Source: an uncultured Acetatifactor sp. (GTDB taxonomy: Bacteria > Bacillota > Clostridia > Lachnospirales > Lachnospiraceae). From it: a DNA stretch of 64,000 nt. The notes below the pieces were generated by a model that saw nothing but the letters and a program-made list of their open reading frames with translations, made no database searches and had not been told where the DNA came from. Positions 1 to 10,497 of the stretch are shown here, piece by piece (within the stretch, counting starts at the first letter, position 1; the number at the start of each line of letters is the position of its first letter). The stretch is from positions 22,253 through 86,252 of the forward strand of contig CAJUGH010000015.1 in the NCBI GenBank assembly GCA_910586215.1, in the 5' to 3' direction. The translations under genes and the position numbers were made by a program.

Positions 1-17
1 ACATCTGTATGCGTGGT

Positions 18-365
18 TCATTCCAGTGTAAGGCCGAAATCCCTTAGGATGCGGTAGCTGTCCAGAAGGCCGGCAATGTAGGCATTGGTGACATGTTCAA
101 AGCAGCGTTCCTCGTCCCGGGCCAGGATGGTATCCACAATCTCGCGCTGGGAAGGGGCAAAGTCTGCACTTTGGTAATGACTGACTGCCTCCTGGTAAGC
201 GAGCCGGGCATCCTGGTAGTCCTGGTCCTGGGCCAGAAGATTTTGCAGGGTGGTGCTTTTCAGGCTGTCCATACATAATTTCAAGGTGTCCTTTATTCCC
301 TGCAGGGTGCTGTCCTCCTGGAGGACGGAAAAGATTTCTTGTGCGGTCTGTTCTTTTTGAAGCAT
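18..365 (-). CDS. hypothetical small alpha-helical protein (115 aa)
   Basis: Intact ORF with an AAAGGA Shine-Dalgarno-like motif about 8 nt upstream of the ATG at 365. No diagnostic family motif recognised. Confidence 0.5.
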   Translation of the reverse strand: MLQKEQTAQEIFSVLQEDSTLQGIKDTLKLCMDSLKSTTLQNLLAQDQDYQDARLAYQEAVSHYQSADFAPSQREIVDTILARDEERCFEHVTNAYIAGLLDSYRILRDFGLTLE

Positions 366-668
366 TTGCTGATTCCTTTCTGCCGTAGAGTGTAGATCGT
401 GGCGGTTTTTGTATGCTTATTCTACCACGGGGATGTGGAAATTGAAATCAGAATCGTTCCACAAATAATCCGTCATATCTGCAAGATGTGACAGATTATG
501 ACGGCGTTCTCTGTCGTAGTTTTGCAGTCACTGCAATTTCATTGAAAAATGAGCCAGGTGCCGTGCGTAAAAGAAGATAATAGATGATTTTTGGTGTGGT
601 ATGTCGTATAATGTAAGAAGGGAAAAGCAGAAGGTAATGGCAGAAAGTAACGGACAGGAGGTGTGGAC

Positions 669-2927
669 ATGGTAGATTTGCAGGGTCATCAGGGGCAGCC
701 TGCAATGGAGGAGCAGCCACCGGAGGCATGCGAAGCATTCTGCAGGCAGTTTGGCCTGCACCTTAATCCCCAGCAGCAGGAGGCAGTCCGGACGGTATCC
801 GGCCCTGTGCTGGTGCTGGCCGTGCCAGGGAGTGGGAAGACCACCATGCTGGTAGCCAGGCTGGGATATATGATCCACTGTGCCCAGGTGAAGCCGGAGC
901 AGATCCTGACATTGACATATACCGTGGCAGCTACCCGGGATATGGCGGCCCGCTTCGGGGCCTTCTTCGGGGAAGAGATGGAAAGGCGGCTGGAATTCCG
1001 CACCATCAATGGTATCTGCGCCAAGGTCATCAGTTATTACGGGAACCTAATCGGGAAGAATGCCTTTTGCCTGGTGACAGACGAGAAGTTTCTCGGTGGC
1101 ATACTGGCACAGATCTACCGCAGTGTGGAAGGGAAGTTCGCCACAGAGAGTGACTTGAAGGATATCCGTACTCGGATCACATATATCAAGAACGGGATGC
1201 TGTCTCCCGAAGAGATTGACAGGCTGGAAGAGGAGTCTGACTGCCGGATCGGGGAGATATACAAGGCTTACTGTGGGGAACTGCGCAGGCAGGGGCTGAT
1301 GGATTACGATGACCAGATGGTGTATGCCTGCCGGATCCTGGAGGGAAGTCCGCTGACCCTGGGACACTTCCGGGAGCGGTATCCGTATGTCTGTGTGGAT
1401 GAGGCCCAGGATACTTCCCGGATCCAGCACCGGATCATTGCCCTGCTGGCCGGGGAGAGGGACAATCTCTTCCTGGTAGGGGACGAGGATCAGAGCATCT
1501 ATGGCTTCCGGGCGGCCTACCCGAAGGCCCTGCTGGACTTTGGAATCCAACATCCGGGGGCGAAGGTACTGCTGATGGAGGAGAACTACCGTTCCAACGC
1601 CAGGATTGTGGCGGCTGCAGACCGCTTTATCCAGAACAATGCCCTGCGCCATGAGAAACATATGCGGGCGGTACGGGAGGCTGGCAGCGAGATCCGGCTG
1701 GTGTCCTTGAAGGGCAGGGGCGCCCAGTATGCCTACCTGGCTAAAGTGGCCAGGGATTGCCAGGTGCAGACGGCAGTGCTCTACCGGGACAACGAGAGTG
1801 TGCTCCCCCTTGTGGACCGACTGGAGCGGGAGGGGATTCCCTACCGGATCCGGAATGCAGAACTGGGATTCTTCACTCACCGGGTGGTGCTGGACATCCG
1901 CAATATCATAGAATTTGCACTGCATCCTGACGATACGGAATTGTTCCTGCAGGTATACTACAAGATGTCTACTTATATAAATAAGGAAACTGCCCTGGGC
2001 ATCTGTGAGATGAGCCGCAGGGATGGCATGGAAGTGCTGGAGACGGCTGTCCGGTACGGCGGGCTGGGGGAGAGTGTAAGACGTGGCTGCAGGGCCATCC
2101 AGGCGCACCTGGCAGGGCTGAGGAAGGACCCGGCATGGGAAGGAATCGACAGGATCCTGCAGAAGATGGGGTACCGGGAGTATCTGACGCGCTCCGGCAT
2201 GGGGGATGGCAAATTGTTCATCCTGAAGGCCATCGCCCGGCAGGAGAATTCCCTGCCGGATTTCCTGGCCAGGCTGGACCGCCTGCAGGAGATCCTTCGT
2301 ATGGGACAGGCAGATCCGGACTGCAAATTCCTGCTGTCAACCATCCACGCCAGCAAAGGACTGGAATATGACATGGTATATCTGATGGATGTGGCAGACG
2401 GTATTTTCCCGGAATCGGTGCCGGATCCTTCCCGTGAACTGGCGGGGAAGGAGCGGGAGGTCTATGAGGAGGAAAGGCGTCTTTTCTATGTGGGAGTGAC
2501 CAGGGCCAGGGAGCAGCTTAGCATCTTCCAGTTCGGACAGAAGTCCACGTTTGCCCGGGAACTGCTGCGGGGAACGTCATCTTCCGTTATGCTTTCCGGA
2601 GACTGCAGGCTGGAGGGACAGCCGGGAGACAGGCCGCTGTATTTTACGAAGAATGTCAGTCTGTATGGGCCAGGATTTTCGGAAAGGGGCGGAGGCCGGG
2701 AAGGTACCAGGAATGATTCCGGGGAAGTATCCCGCCAGGAGGCATGTGAGGCATATGAGACTTTCCGGGGGTCTCTGGGGGAAGGGCTGGCAGTCCGGCA
2801 TAAGAAATGGGGAGAAGGCGCTGTTGCCGCAGTCTGGGGGGACAAGGTATCTATCCAGTTTGGGGAACAGACCAGGCAATTTGACATGCGCGTATTGTTT
2901 GCAAACAAATTGTTGGAAATTCAGTGA
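669..2927 (+). CDS. UvrD/PcrA-family ATP-dependent DNA helicase
   Basis: Walker A AVPGSGKTT, VDEAQD, LVGDEDQSIYGFRAA, EENYRS, TIHASKGLEYD, LFYVGVTRAREQL. AGGAGG at 656-661 favours the ATG at 669 over the GTG at 663. The C-terminal about 110 aa is an extra small domain (HKKWGEGAV...VSIQFG). Confidence 0.9.
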   Translation: MVDLQGHQGQPAMEEQPPEACEAFCRQFGLHLNPQQQEAVRTVSGPVLVLAVPGSGKTTMLVARLGYMIHCAQVKPEQILTLTYTVAATRDMAARFGAFFGEEMERRLEFRTINGICAKVISYYGNLIGKNAFCLVTDEKFLGGILAQIYRSVEGKFATESDLKDIRTRITYIKNGMLSPEEIDRLEEESDCRIGEIYKAYCGELRRQGLMDYDDQMVYACRILEGSPLTLGHFRERYPYVCVDEAQDTSRIQHRIIALLAGERDNLFLVGDEDQSIYGFRAAYPKALLDFGIQHPGAKVLLMEENYRSNARIVAAADRFIQNNALRHEKHMRAVREAGSEIRLVSLKGRGAQYAYLAKVARDCQVQTAVLYRDNESVLPLVDRLEREGIPYRIRNAELGFFTHRVVLDIRNIIEFALHPDDTELFLQVYYKMSTYINKETALGICEMSRRDGMEVLETAVRYGGLGESVRRGCRAIQAHLAGLRKDPAWEGIDRILQKMGYREYLTRSGMGDGKLFILKAIARQENSLPDFLARLDRLQEILRMGQADPDCKFLLSTIHASKGLEYDMVYLMDVADGIFPESVPDPSRELAGKEREVYEEERRLFYVGVTRAREQLSIFQFGQKSTFARELLRGTSSSVMLSGDCRLEGQPGDRPLYFTKNVSLYGPGFSERGGGREGTRNDSGEVSRQEACEAYETFRGSLGEGLAVRHKKWGEGAVAAVWGDKVSIQFGEQTRQFDMRVLFANKLLEIQ

Positions 2928-2970
2928 AAGTTCTGAAAATTAAAAAATTGAAATAATTTTAAAAAAACTA

Positions 2971-2999
2971 TTGACTTTTGGTGGAAAATCCTTTATCAT
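2971..2999 (+). promoter_or_regulatory. sigma-70 type promoter for tRNA-Leu
   Basis: TTGACT (2971-2976), 17-nt spacer, TATCAT (2994-2999). It is preceded by an A/T-rich UP-like tract and sits about 18 nt upstream of the tRNA 5' end. Confidence 0.6.
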
Positions 3000-3017
3000 A
3001 TATTTTGTTCGCAGGAC

Positions 3018-3101
3018 GCAGGAATGGCGGAATTGGCAGACGCGCACGGTTCAGGTCCGTGTGGTAGCAATACCATGAGAGTTCAAGTCTCTTTTCCTGC
3101 A
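3018..3101 (+). tRNA. tRNA-Leu (anticodon CAG)
   Basis: Hand-folded cloverleaf. Acceptor GCAGGAA/TTCCTGC, anticodon stem CACGG/CCGTG with loop TTCAGGT (U33, CAG, G37), long variable arm TGGTAGCAATACCAT, T-arm GAGAG-TTCAAGT-CTCTT, discriminator A. CCA is not encoded. Confidence 0.9.
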
Positions 3102-3108
3102 TGATCAG

Positions 3109-3144
3109 AGAGTGTTAAGTAATATACTTAGCACTCTTTTTTTC
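3109..3144 (+). terminator. rho-independent terminator after tRNA-Leu
   Basis: 12-bp stem AGAGTGTTAAGT/ACTTAGCACTCT (one G-U pair), 5-nt loop, then a T7 run. Confidence 0.8.
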
Positions 3145-3246
3145 ACTGAAACAGGCTGTCTGCCTGCAGGATGGCCACAGAGTCGTTTGGGGCATTCCAC
3201 AAAGCCCGGAAAATCCCGGGTCCAGATGGAAAGCAGATAGGAAGGC

Positions 3247-4629
3247 ATGGGGAAAGCGCAACGGAAGAAAGAACAGGGACAGAATCGGAAAGCAGGAGGA
3301 CAAGGCCTCCGGGAACAGGCCCATGACAGGACAAAAAAAGGGGACGGTGCCAGGGGCAGCCGCAGGGAGTGGTACAAGCTGGATCTCTCGGCCATTGTGT
3401 ATCCCACCCTGCAGAGACGGGATTTCTCTTCGGTGTACCGCCTGTCAGTGGTACTGAAGGAGGAAGTACAGCCGGAGATTTTACAACAGGCCCTGGATAT
3501 GACACTGCCCCGGTTCCCCACCTACAAGGCGGCGATCCGTAAGGGGCTGTTCTGGCGCTATCTGGAACCTAATAACAGGCCAGGACCTTTCGTCCAGGAG
3601 GATGTGAAGAATCCCTGCCAGCCTATGCATTTCAAGGCTAATAACCGCTATCTGGTGCGGGTCTACTACTATGGGAAGCGGATTTCCCTGGAGGCCCACC
3701 ACAGCCTGGGGGATGGTACCGGGGGGATGTGCGTGCTGCAGACCCTGACAGCCACCTATCTGCGGCTGCTGGGACATGGGGACATTGCCAATGAAGGGTT
3801 TGTGCTGGATATCCAGGGGACACCGGATGCCGGGGAACTGGAGGATGCCTACATGCGCTATGCCAATGCGAAGGTATGTCCCCCCAGACAGGAGGAGAAG
3901 GCGTACCGGGTCCGGGGGACAGGGGAGCCGTTCTATACCTTGAATATCATCGATGGCATCATGTCGGTGGCCCAGGTCATGGAAGTGGCCAGGAAATACC
4001 ATGCCACCATCACGGAATATCTGAATGCCGTACTGCTCCAGGCCCTCCTGACCAAACAGGGGAAGGAACGCCATGTGCGGCTGCGGCCGGTGAAGATCGC
4101 CATGCCGGTAAATCTGCGCCGCTTTTTCCCTTCCATTACCCTGCGGAACTTTATCACCATGATCTATCCCGGGGTGGACCCCCGGCTGGGGGAGTATACC
4201 TTTGAGGAGATTGTGGAGCAGGTACACAATTACATGCGGTATCACATCAATGAGAAGCTTCTTAGGGGGGATATCACCACCAATGCAGCTACCCAGCGCA
4301 ATCCCTTGATCCGGGTGGTACCGCTGTTCATCAAGGATTTTGTGGTGCGGACTTTTTACACCAGGGTACAGGACCGCAATTCCTCTGCCGGCCTGACCAA
4401 CATGGGAGCCATGAAAGTACCTAAGGGGATGGCCCCCTATGTGGAGCGGTTTGACATCTATATGGGACAGCCCTTTTCCCGCAGGACCAACTGTGCCATC
4501 ATCAGTTTCGAGGATATCCTTACGGTGAATTTTGCCAGCAGCATTGTGGAGGCAGATGTGGAGAGGTACTTTTTCCGGAAGCTGGTGAAGGACGGGATCC
4601 ATGTGAAGATTGAGAGCAACCGGGAATAG
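3247..4629 (+). CDS. HHxxxDG acyltransferase (condensation / alcohol acetyltransferase-like)
   Basis: HHSLGDGTG catalytic-type motif. The WYKLDLSAIVYP N-terminal signature is typical of this clostridial family. 460 aa. Confidence 0.7.
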   Translation: MGKAQRKKEQGQNRKAGGQGLREQAHDRTKKGDGARGSRREWYKLDLSAIVYPTLQRRDFSSVYRLSVVLKEEVQPEILQQALDMTLPRFPTYKAAIRKGLFWRYLEPNNRPGPFVQEDVKNPCQPMHFKANNRYLVRVYYYGKRISLEAHHSLGDGTGGMCVLQTLTATYLRLLGHGDIANEGFVLDIQGTPDAGELEDAYMRYANAKVCPPRQEEKAYRVRGTGEPFYTLNIIDGIMSVAQVMEVARKYHATITEYLNAVLLQALLTKQGKERHVRLRPVKIAMPVNLRRFFPSITLRNFITMIYPGVDPRLGEYTFEEIVEQVHNYMRYHINEKLLRGDITTNAATQRNPLIRVVPLFIKDFVVRTFYTRVQDRNSSAGLTNMGAMKVPKGMAPYVERFDIYMGQPFSRRTNCAIISFEDILTVNFASSIVEADVERYFFRKLVKDGIHVKIESNRE

Positions 4630-4696
4630 GGGAGCAGACAGGGGAACCTTCCCAGGTCCGGAAGCTTTGCAGGTGCTGGAAGAAAGGAGTGGCGGT

Positions 4697-5404
4697 ATGT
4701 CATATTGTGTTAATTGTGGGGTGGAACTGGATGCTTCTGCCAGGAAATGTGCCCTGTGCAATACCCCGGTACTGAATCCCAATGTGCTGGAGCAGATCGC
4801 ACAGGCGGCAACACCTTTTCCGGAGGAAAAGGGCCAGGTGGAGGCGGTGAAGCGTAAGGATCTGGGACTACTGCTGTCCCTTGTGGTGCTGGCTACTGCT
4901 GTGACCTGTGGGCTGCTGAATTTCCTGACCTTCCGGAAGGAGATGTGGTCCCTGGCAGTGATCGGGGCCTGTGTGGTGTTGTGGGTGATCCTGATCCCGG
5001 TGGTGATCAATGTGAAGCAGCCAGTGTATGTGTCCCTGCTGCTGGACGGCGGGGCGGTGGGAATCTATCTCTACATGCTCACATTTCTCACGGGAAGTGC
5101 AGGATGGTTCTGGGGGCTGGGCCTGTTCATTGTGCTGCTTGTGACAGGGCTGCTGGAAGTGTTTACCTTCTGCGTGCGCAAGCTTCCCAGGTCATTCCTG
5201 ACAATGTCCCTGTACGTGTTCACAGGGGCAGGGCTGCTGTGCGTAGGGCTGGACTTGCTGATCAAACATTACCTGGGAGGTGTCCTGCGCCTGGGCTGGT
5301 CTGCTGTGGTGCTGACTGTGTGCGGGATCCTGGACGTGGCCATTATCACCATGCTGTCCCGCAGACGGCTGCGGAATGCCGTGCGCAGGCGGCTGCATTT
5401 CTGA
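4697..5404 (+). CDS. zinc-ribbon domain polytopic membrane protein
   Basis: Starts MSYCVNCGVELDASARKCALCNTP (CxxC..CxxC), followed by about 5 hydrophobic helices. GAAAGGAG RBS at 4682-4689 supports the ATG at 4697 rather than the longer track ORF. Confidence 0.7.
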   Translation: MSYCVNCGVELDASARKCALCNTPVLNPNVLEQIAQAATPFPEEKGQVEAVKRKDLGLLLSLVVLATAVTCGLLNFLTFRKEMWSLAVIGACVVLWVILIPVVINVKQPVYVSLLLDGGAVGIYLYMLTFLTGSAGWFWGLGLFIVLLVTGLLEVFTFCVRKLPRSFLTMSLYVFTGAGLLCVGLDLLIKHYLGGVLRLGWSAVVLTVCGILDVAIITMLSRRRLRNAVRRRLHF

Positions 5405-5417
5405 AGGAGGGGCAGAT

Positions 5418-6410
5418 ATGGGGAAGGATCTGGACATGGAGATAGATAAGATCCGGATACAGAAAAGGACAGGAAAGGATATGGATAAAGGGAAAGAAAA
5501 GGGAAAAGAGAAGGAAAAAGAGAAGGAGAAGACTAACAGGAACCTGATGGGGCTGATCAGAAGGGTCCACGGACTGGTAGAAAGTCCGGATATCGAGAAG
5601 CAGAGACATTCCCAGGACCAGATCGGGGCTATCCTGGGCAATACCAGGGATATCTGCTACCGGGAAGTGGATGTGGAAGGGATGTATGGGGAATGGGTGG
5701 GAGTGAACCGTGCCCACATGAAGAAATATGTGATTCTGCATTGTCATGGGGGAGGCTATTCCACCGGCAGCAGCCTGTATGCCAGGACACTGACCTCCAA
5801 ACTGGCGGCTACCACTTCCATGGATGTCTTCTGTTTTGACTACCGGCTGGCACCGGAACATCCTTATCCGGCGGCCCTGGAGGATGCCATGAAGGCGTGG
5901 AACTATCTGATGCTTCTGGGATATGGGGCCAGGGATGTGATCCTTACGGGGGATTCTGCCGGGGGGAACCTGGTCCTGGCCCTGACCTTGAAGCTGCAGG
6001 AGCAGGGACGTATCCTGCCCAGGGGCCTGGTGCTGATGTCTCCTTGGACAGATCTGACCAGTTCCGGGGAGTCCTTCCTGGAGAAAGCCCAGTTAGACCC
6101 TGTCCTCAGCAGGGAATATATTGACAGGATGACCCAGGCCTATGCTGCCGGACAGAACCTGACAGATCCTTTTATCTCCCCGCTGTATGGGAATTTCAGG
6201 GGGTTCCCCCCTACGTACATCCAGGTGGGGGAGAATGAGATCCTCCTCAGTGATGCCCTGCGTCTCCACCAGGTGTTCGTGGAAGAGAATGTGTCTGTAC
6301 GGCTGGATGTCTATCCAGGCATGTGGCACGTGTTCCAGATGTCACCTGTAAAGGCAGCCAGGGAGGCCATGGACCGGAATGCAGAATTCATTTATGATAT
6401 CTGCCGGTAG
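5418..6410 (+). CDS. alpha/beta hydrolase, hormone-sensitive-lipase-type esterase
   Basis: HGGG box (HCHGGGYSTG) and GDSAGG nucleophile elbow. GAAGGAGG RBS lies before the ATG at 5418. The N-terminus has a KEKGKEKEKEKEK low-complexity tract. Confidence 0.85.
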   Translation: MGKDLDMEIDKIRIQKRTGKDMDKGKEKGKEKEKEKEKTNRNLMGLIRRVHGLVESPDIEKQRHSQDQIGAILGNTRDICYREVDVEGMYGEWVGVNRAHMKKYVILHCHGGGYSTGSSLYARTLTSKLAATTSMDVFCFDYRLAPEHPYPAALEDAMKAWNYLMLLGYGARDVILTGDSAGGNLVLALTLKLQEQGRILPRGLVLMSPWTDLTSSGESFLEKAQLDPVLSREYIDRMTQAYAAGQNLTDPFISPLYGNFRGFPPTYIQVGENEILLSDALRLHQVFVEENVSVRLDVYPGMWHVFQMSPVKAAREAMDRNAEFIYDICR

Positions 6411-6537
6411 AGTGTGTCAGTGGATTGGGACTGGAAGGAAACTACCAGAAAAATAAAGGAATCTGTCTTCTGGTGCAGAATATTATGTTTAGGAGAACGG
6501 CTTTTGCGTGTGCCAGGATACGCAAGGGGGTATTAGC

Positions 6538-7542
6538 ATGACAATCAGAGAAAGCTTGGAAGCATGGGAGAGAGATTATTTAAGCCCTTATGCAGCGCGG
6601 AGTGTGAATTCAAAGGGCCGGATGAAGCCGGAGGAACAGTGTGACATCCGGCCTGTTTTCCAGCGGGACCGGGACAGGATCATACATTGCAGGGCATTCC
6701 GCAGGCTTAAGGACAAGACCCAGGTGTTCCTCACGCCGGAAGGGGACCAGTACAGGACCCGGCTGACACACACCCTGGAGGTGTCCCAGAATGCCCGGAC
6801 CATTGCCAAGGCGCTGAAGCTGAATGAAGAACTGGTGGAGGCCATCGCCCTTGGCCATGACCTGGGGCATACGCCTTTTGGCCATGCAGGGGAGCGGGCC
6901 TTGAACCGGATATGTCCCCTGGGCTTTGTACACAGCGAACAGAGTGTTCGCACAGTAGACCGGCTGGAGAAGCATGGGGCCGGGCTGAACTTGACTTTTG
7001 AAGTGCGGGACGGCATACGCAATCACCAGACCATCGGAAAGCCCCATACCCTGGAGGGGAAAGTGGTACGGCTGTCAGACAAGATCGCCTATATCCATCA
7101 CGACATGGACGATGCGGTGCGGGGTGGGATCCTGCAGGAGTCAGATGTGCCAAAGGAGATCCAGGAGGTCATCGGCAGTACCACCGGGGAGCGCCTGGAC
7201 CATTTTATCCATGATATTGTCACAGCCAGCATGGGTAAGAATGATATCTGCATGTCAGGGCCGGTGGAGACCGCCATGAAGAAGATGCGGAAGTTTATGT
7301 TTGACCATGTGTACGAGAATCCCCAGGCCAAAAGTGAGGAGAGCAAGGCCGAGATGCTGATGGAGACATTGTACACTTACTATATGAAACATGTGGACAG
7401 CCTGCCGGAGGAATATATCAATCTGTTGTCCGAGGGGGAGCAGAAGGAGCGGGTGGTCTGCGATTATGTGGGGGCCATGTCGGACCGGTATGCCATCTCT
7501 GTCTATGAGGAAATTTTTATCCCCAAATCATGGACCATATAA
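6538..7542 (+). CDS. dgt: dGTP triphosphohydrolase-like HD-domain phosphohydrolase
   Basis: HD motif region RLTHTLEVSQ...GHDLGHTPFGH. Conserved position upstream of dnaG. AAGGGGG RBS lies before the ATG at 6538. Confidence 0.85.
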   Translation: MTIRESLEAWERDYLSPYAARSVNSKGRMKPEEQCDIRPVFQRDRDRIIHCRAFRRLKDKTQVFLTPEGDQYRTRLTHTLEVSQNARTIAKALKLNEELVEAIALGHDLGHTPFGHAGERALNRICPLGFVHSEQSVRTVDRLEKHGAGLNLTFEVRDGIRNHQTIGKPHTLEGKVVRLSDKIAYIHHDMDDAVRGGILQESDVPKEIQEVIGSTTGERLDHFIHDIVTASMGKNDICMSGPVETAMKKMRKFMFDHVYENPQAKSEESKAEMLMETLYTYYMKHVDSLPEEYINLLSEGEQKERVVCDYVGAMSDRYAISVYEEIFIPKSWTI

Positions 7543-7559
7543 AGAAATGAGAGGTATAC

Positions 7560-9329
7560 ATGTACTATCCGGAAGAATTAGTGGAAGAAGTGAGATCTAA
7601 GAACGACATTGTGGAAGTGGTGTCGGGGTATGTGAAGCTTCAGAGGAAGGGCAATAACCACTGGGGCTGCTGTCCTTTTCACAATGAGAAGACCCCGTCC
7701 TTCTCCGTGAACGGGCCAAAACAGATGTATCACTGTTTCGGCTGTGGTGTCAGCGGCAATGTCTATACCTTTGTGATGAAATATGAGAATTATTCCTTTC
7801 CGGAGGCAGTGCGCTTCCTGGCTGGCCGGGCGGGGGTGCAGCTTCCGGAACTGGAATATACCGATGAGATGCGCAGGAAGGAAAGCAAACGGGCCAGGCT
7901 TCTGGAAGTGAACAAGGCGGCTGCTAAATTTTTCTACTACCAGCTTCGCACTCCCAGAGGAACCCTTGGGTACCAGTACCTGCAGAAGCGTCAGCTTTCC
8001 GATGAGACCATGCATAAGTTTGGCCTGGGCTATGCCGGGAAAAATGGGGAGGACCTGGTGAGATACCTGCGGGAGAAGGGCTTTGAGGATGAACTGATCA
8101 AAGAGTCCGGGCTGGCCAGCTTCTCCGAGAAGCGGGGACTGGTGAGTCCGTTCTGGAACCGGGTCATGTTCCCCATCCAGGACGGCAATCACCGTGTCAT
8201 CGGATTCGGCGGCAGGGTCATGGGGGACGGGGAACCCAAGTACTTGAATTCCCCGGAGACTCCCATCTTCGATAAGCGAAGGAACCTGTATGGATTGAAC
8301 TTTGCCAGGACAGCCAGGAGCGGGAACATCATTCTCTGTGAGGGTTACATGGATGTGATCGCCATGCACCAGGCCGGCTTCCACCAGGCAGTGGCATCCC
8401 TGGGTACGGCCTTTACCCTGGAACAGGCCGGGCTGCTGCGGCGGTATACGGAGAATGTGCTGCTGGCCTATGACAGTGACGGGGCCGGGGTGAAGGCAGC
8501 ACTCAGGGGTATCGGTATCCTGCGGGAGGCCGGGCTTACAGGCAGGGTCATCAACATGAAGCCTTACAAGGATCCGGATGAATTTATGAAGGCCTGCGGC
8601 AGGGAGGCCTTCCAGGAGAGGATTGACCAGGCAGAGAACAGTTTCTTCTTCGAGATCCGCATACTGGAGGGCCAGTATGATATGAGGGACCCGGAACAGA
8701 AGACACGTTTCCACCGGGAGATTGCCAGGAAACTCTGCGACTTCACGGAGGATGTGGAGCGGGAGAACTATCTGCAGGCAGTGGCAGACAAATACTTCAT
8801 CGGTGCGGAGAACCTGCGCAGGCTGGTGGTCTCCTACGCATCCAGGACGGGACTGGCAAGGCCTGTGGAGCGGCCAAAGCCCGGGACCCGGCAGAAGAAT
8901 TCCCCACAGGAGAGTGCCAGAAGATCCCAGAGGCTGCTTGTCACCTGGATTACGGACGAGCCTGCCATCTATGGGAAGATCCGGCAATATATCTCCCCGG
9001 AGGATTTCACGGAGGAGATGTACCGGAAGGTAGCCGGCAGGCTCTTCGAACAGTTGGAGCAGGGGCAGTTTCGTCCGGCAGACATTATCAGTATGTTCGA
9101 GGATGAGGAGGAACAGAAACAGGCGGCAGAGATCTTCAACACCAGCCTGCCAAAGCTGCAGACCGGGCAGGAGAGGGAGAAGGCCCTGCACGATATCCTG
9201 ATGGCTGTGAAGAAGAACCGGTATGAATATGATACCGCAAATATGGGAACGGATATGGGTGCATTGAACCGTGTAATAGAAGGCAAGAGGGCGTTGGAGG
9301 AACTGGCGAAAACGCATATTTCCCTGTAG
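7560..9329 (+). CDS. dnaG: DNA primase
   Basis: Zinc-binding CCPFHNEKTPSFSV...HCFGCG and TOPRIM EGYMDV...YDSDGAG. 589 aa. Confidence 0.95.
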   Translation: MYYPEELVEEVRSKNDIVEVVSGYVKLQRKGNNHWGCCPFHNEKTPSFSVNGPKQMYHCFGCGVSGNVYTFVMKYENYSFPEAVRFLAGRAGVQLPELEYTDEMRRKESKRARLLEVNKAAAKFFYYQLRTPRGTLGYQYLQKRQLSDETMHKFGLGYAGKNGEDLVRYLREKGFEDELIKESGLASFSEKRGLVSPFWNRVMFPIQDGNHRVIGFGGRVMGDGEPKYLNSPETPIFDKRRNLYGLNFARTARSGNIILCEGYMDVIAMHQAGFHQAVASLGTAFTLEQAGLLRRYTENVLLAYDSDGAGVKAALRGIGILREAGLTGRVINMKPYKDPDEFMKACGREAFQERIDQAENSFFFEIRILEGQYDMRDPEQKTRFHREIARKLCDFTEDVERENYLQAVADKYFIGAENLRRLVVSYASRTGLARPVERPKPGTRQKNSPQESARRSQRLLVTWITDEPAIYGKIRQYISPEDFTEEMYRKVAGRLFEQLEQGQFRPADIISMFEDEEEQKQAAEIFNTSLPKLQTGQEREKALHDILMAVKKNRYEYDTANMGTDMGALNRVIEGKRALEELAKTHISL

Positions 9330-9387
9330 TCCGGGGTAAACTGAAAAGACAGGGAAGCATTCCCTAAGGAAGGATGGAAATACTACA

Positions 9388-10497
9388 ATGGATGAAAACA
9401 CACAGGCAAAATTTGACGAGAAAATCAAAGAACTGCTAAATATGGCCAAAAAGAAGAAGAACATGCTGGAATACCAGGAGATCAGCGAGTTCTTCGCGGA
9501 CTTGCCTCTGGAGGAGGAACAGTTTGAGAAGATCCTGGAGGTTCTGGACCAGAATAATGTGGATGTATTGCGGATCACGGAAGATGATGTAGACGATGAA
9601 GAGATCATCCTCACGGAAGAGGATGAAGTGGATGTGGAGAACCTGGATCTGTCCATTCCTGACAACATCAGCATTGAGGACCCTGTGCGCATGTATCTGA
9701 AAGAGATCGGCAAGGTGCCCCTGCTCTCCGCTGAGGAGGAGATCGACCTGGCCAAGCGGCTGGAACTGGGAGATGAAGAGGCCAAAAAGCGTCTGGCAGA
9801 GGCGAACCTGCGTCTGGTGGTCAGCATTGCCAAGCGCTATGTGGGCCGCGGAATGCTGTTCCTGGATCTGATTCAGGAGGGGAACCTGGGGCTGATCAAG
9901 GCTGTGGAGAAATTTGACTACCGCAAGGGCTTCAAATTCTCTACCTATGCCACCTGGTGGATCCGTCAGGCCATCACCAGGGCCATTGCGGACCAGGCCA
10001 GGACCATCCGGATCCCGGTCCATATGGTGGAGACCATCAATAAGCTGATCCGCGTCAGCCGCCAGCTTCTCCAGGAACTGGGCAGGGAGCCATCCCCGGA
10101 GGAGATTGCAGAGGAGATGAACATGCCTGTGGACAGGGTGCGTGAGATCTTGAAGATCAGCCAGGAGCCGGTGTCCCTGGAGACTCCTATCGGGGAGGAG
10201 GAGGACAGTCACCTGGGGGATTTCCTTCCGGATGACAATGTGCCGGTTCCGGCTGATGCAGCGGCATTCACCCTGCTGAAAGAGCAGCTGGTGGAGGTAC
10301 TCAGCACTTTGACGGAGAGGGAGCAGAAGGTACTCCGCCTGCGGTTTGGCCTGGATGATGGCAGGGCGCGCACATTGGAAGAAGTGGGCAAGGAGTTCAA
10401 TGTGACCAGGGAACGCATCCGTCAGATTGAAGCCAAGGCCCTGCGCAAGCTCCGGCATCCCAGCCGCAGCAGGAAGCTGAAGGATTATCTGGACTGA
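9388..10497 (+). CDS. rpoD: RNA polymerase primary sigma factor
   Basis: Regions 1.2-4 are present: [37 protein letters not shown], and the region 4 [23 protein letters not shown]. Confidence 0.95.
   Translation: MDENTQAKFDEKIKELLNMAKKKKNMLEYQEISEFFADLPLEEEQFEKILEVLDQNNVDVLRITEDDVDDEEIILTEEDEVDVENLDLSIPDNISIEDPVRMYLKEIGKVPLLSAEEEIDLAKRLELGDEEAKKRLAEANLRLVVSIAKRYVGRGMLFLDLIQEGNLGLIKAVEKFDYRKGFKFSTYATWWIRQAITRAIADQARTIRIPVHMVETINKLIRVSRQLLQELGREPSPEEIAEEMNMPVDRVREILKISQEPVSLETPIGEEEDSHLGDFLPDDNVPVPADAAAFTLLKEQLVEVLSTLTEREQKVLRLRFGLDDGRARTLEEVGKEFNVTRERIRQIEAKALRKLRHPSRSRKLKDYLD

Noticed and set aside
3481-5010. 509-aa minus-strand ORF
   Set aside because: It is antisense to the acyltransferase and zinc-ribbon membrane protein genes. 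It has no recognisable motif and a Pro/Gly/His-rich composition.
7578-9833. 751-aa minus-strand ORF
   Set aside because: It is antisense to dnaG and rpoD, which carry unmistakable motifs. Long antisense ORFs are expected in GC-rich coding DNA, and its composition is Ser/Arg/Leu/Pro-biased.
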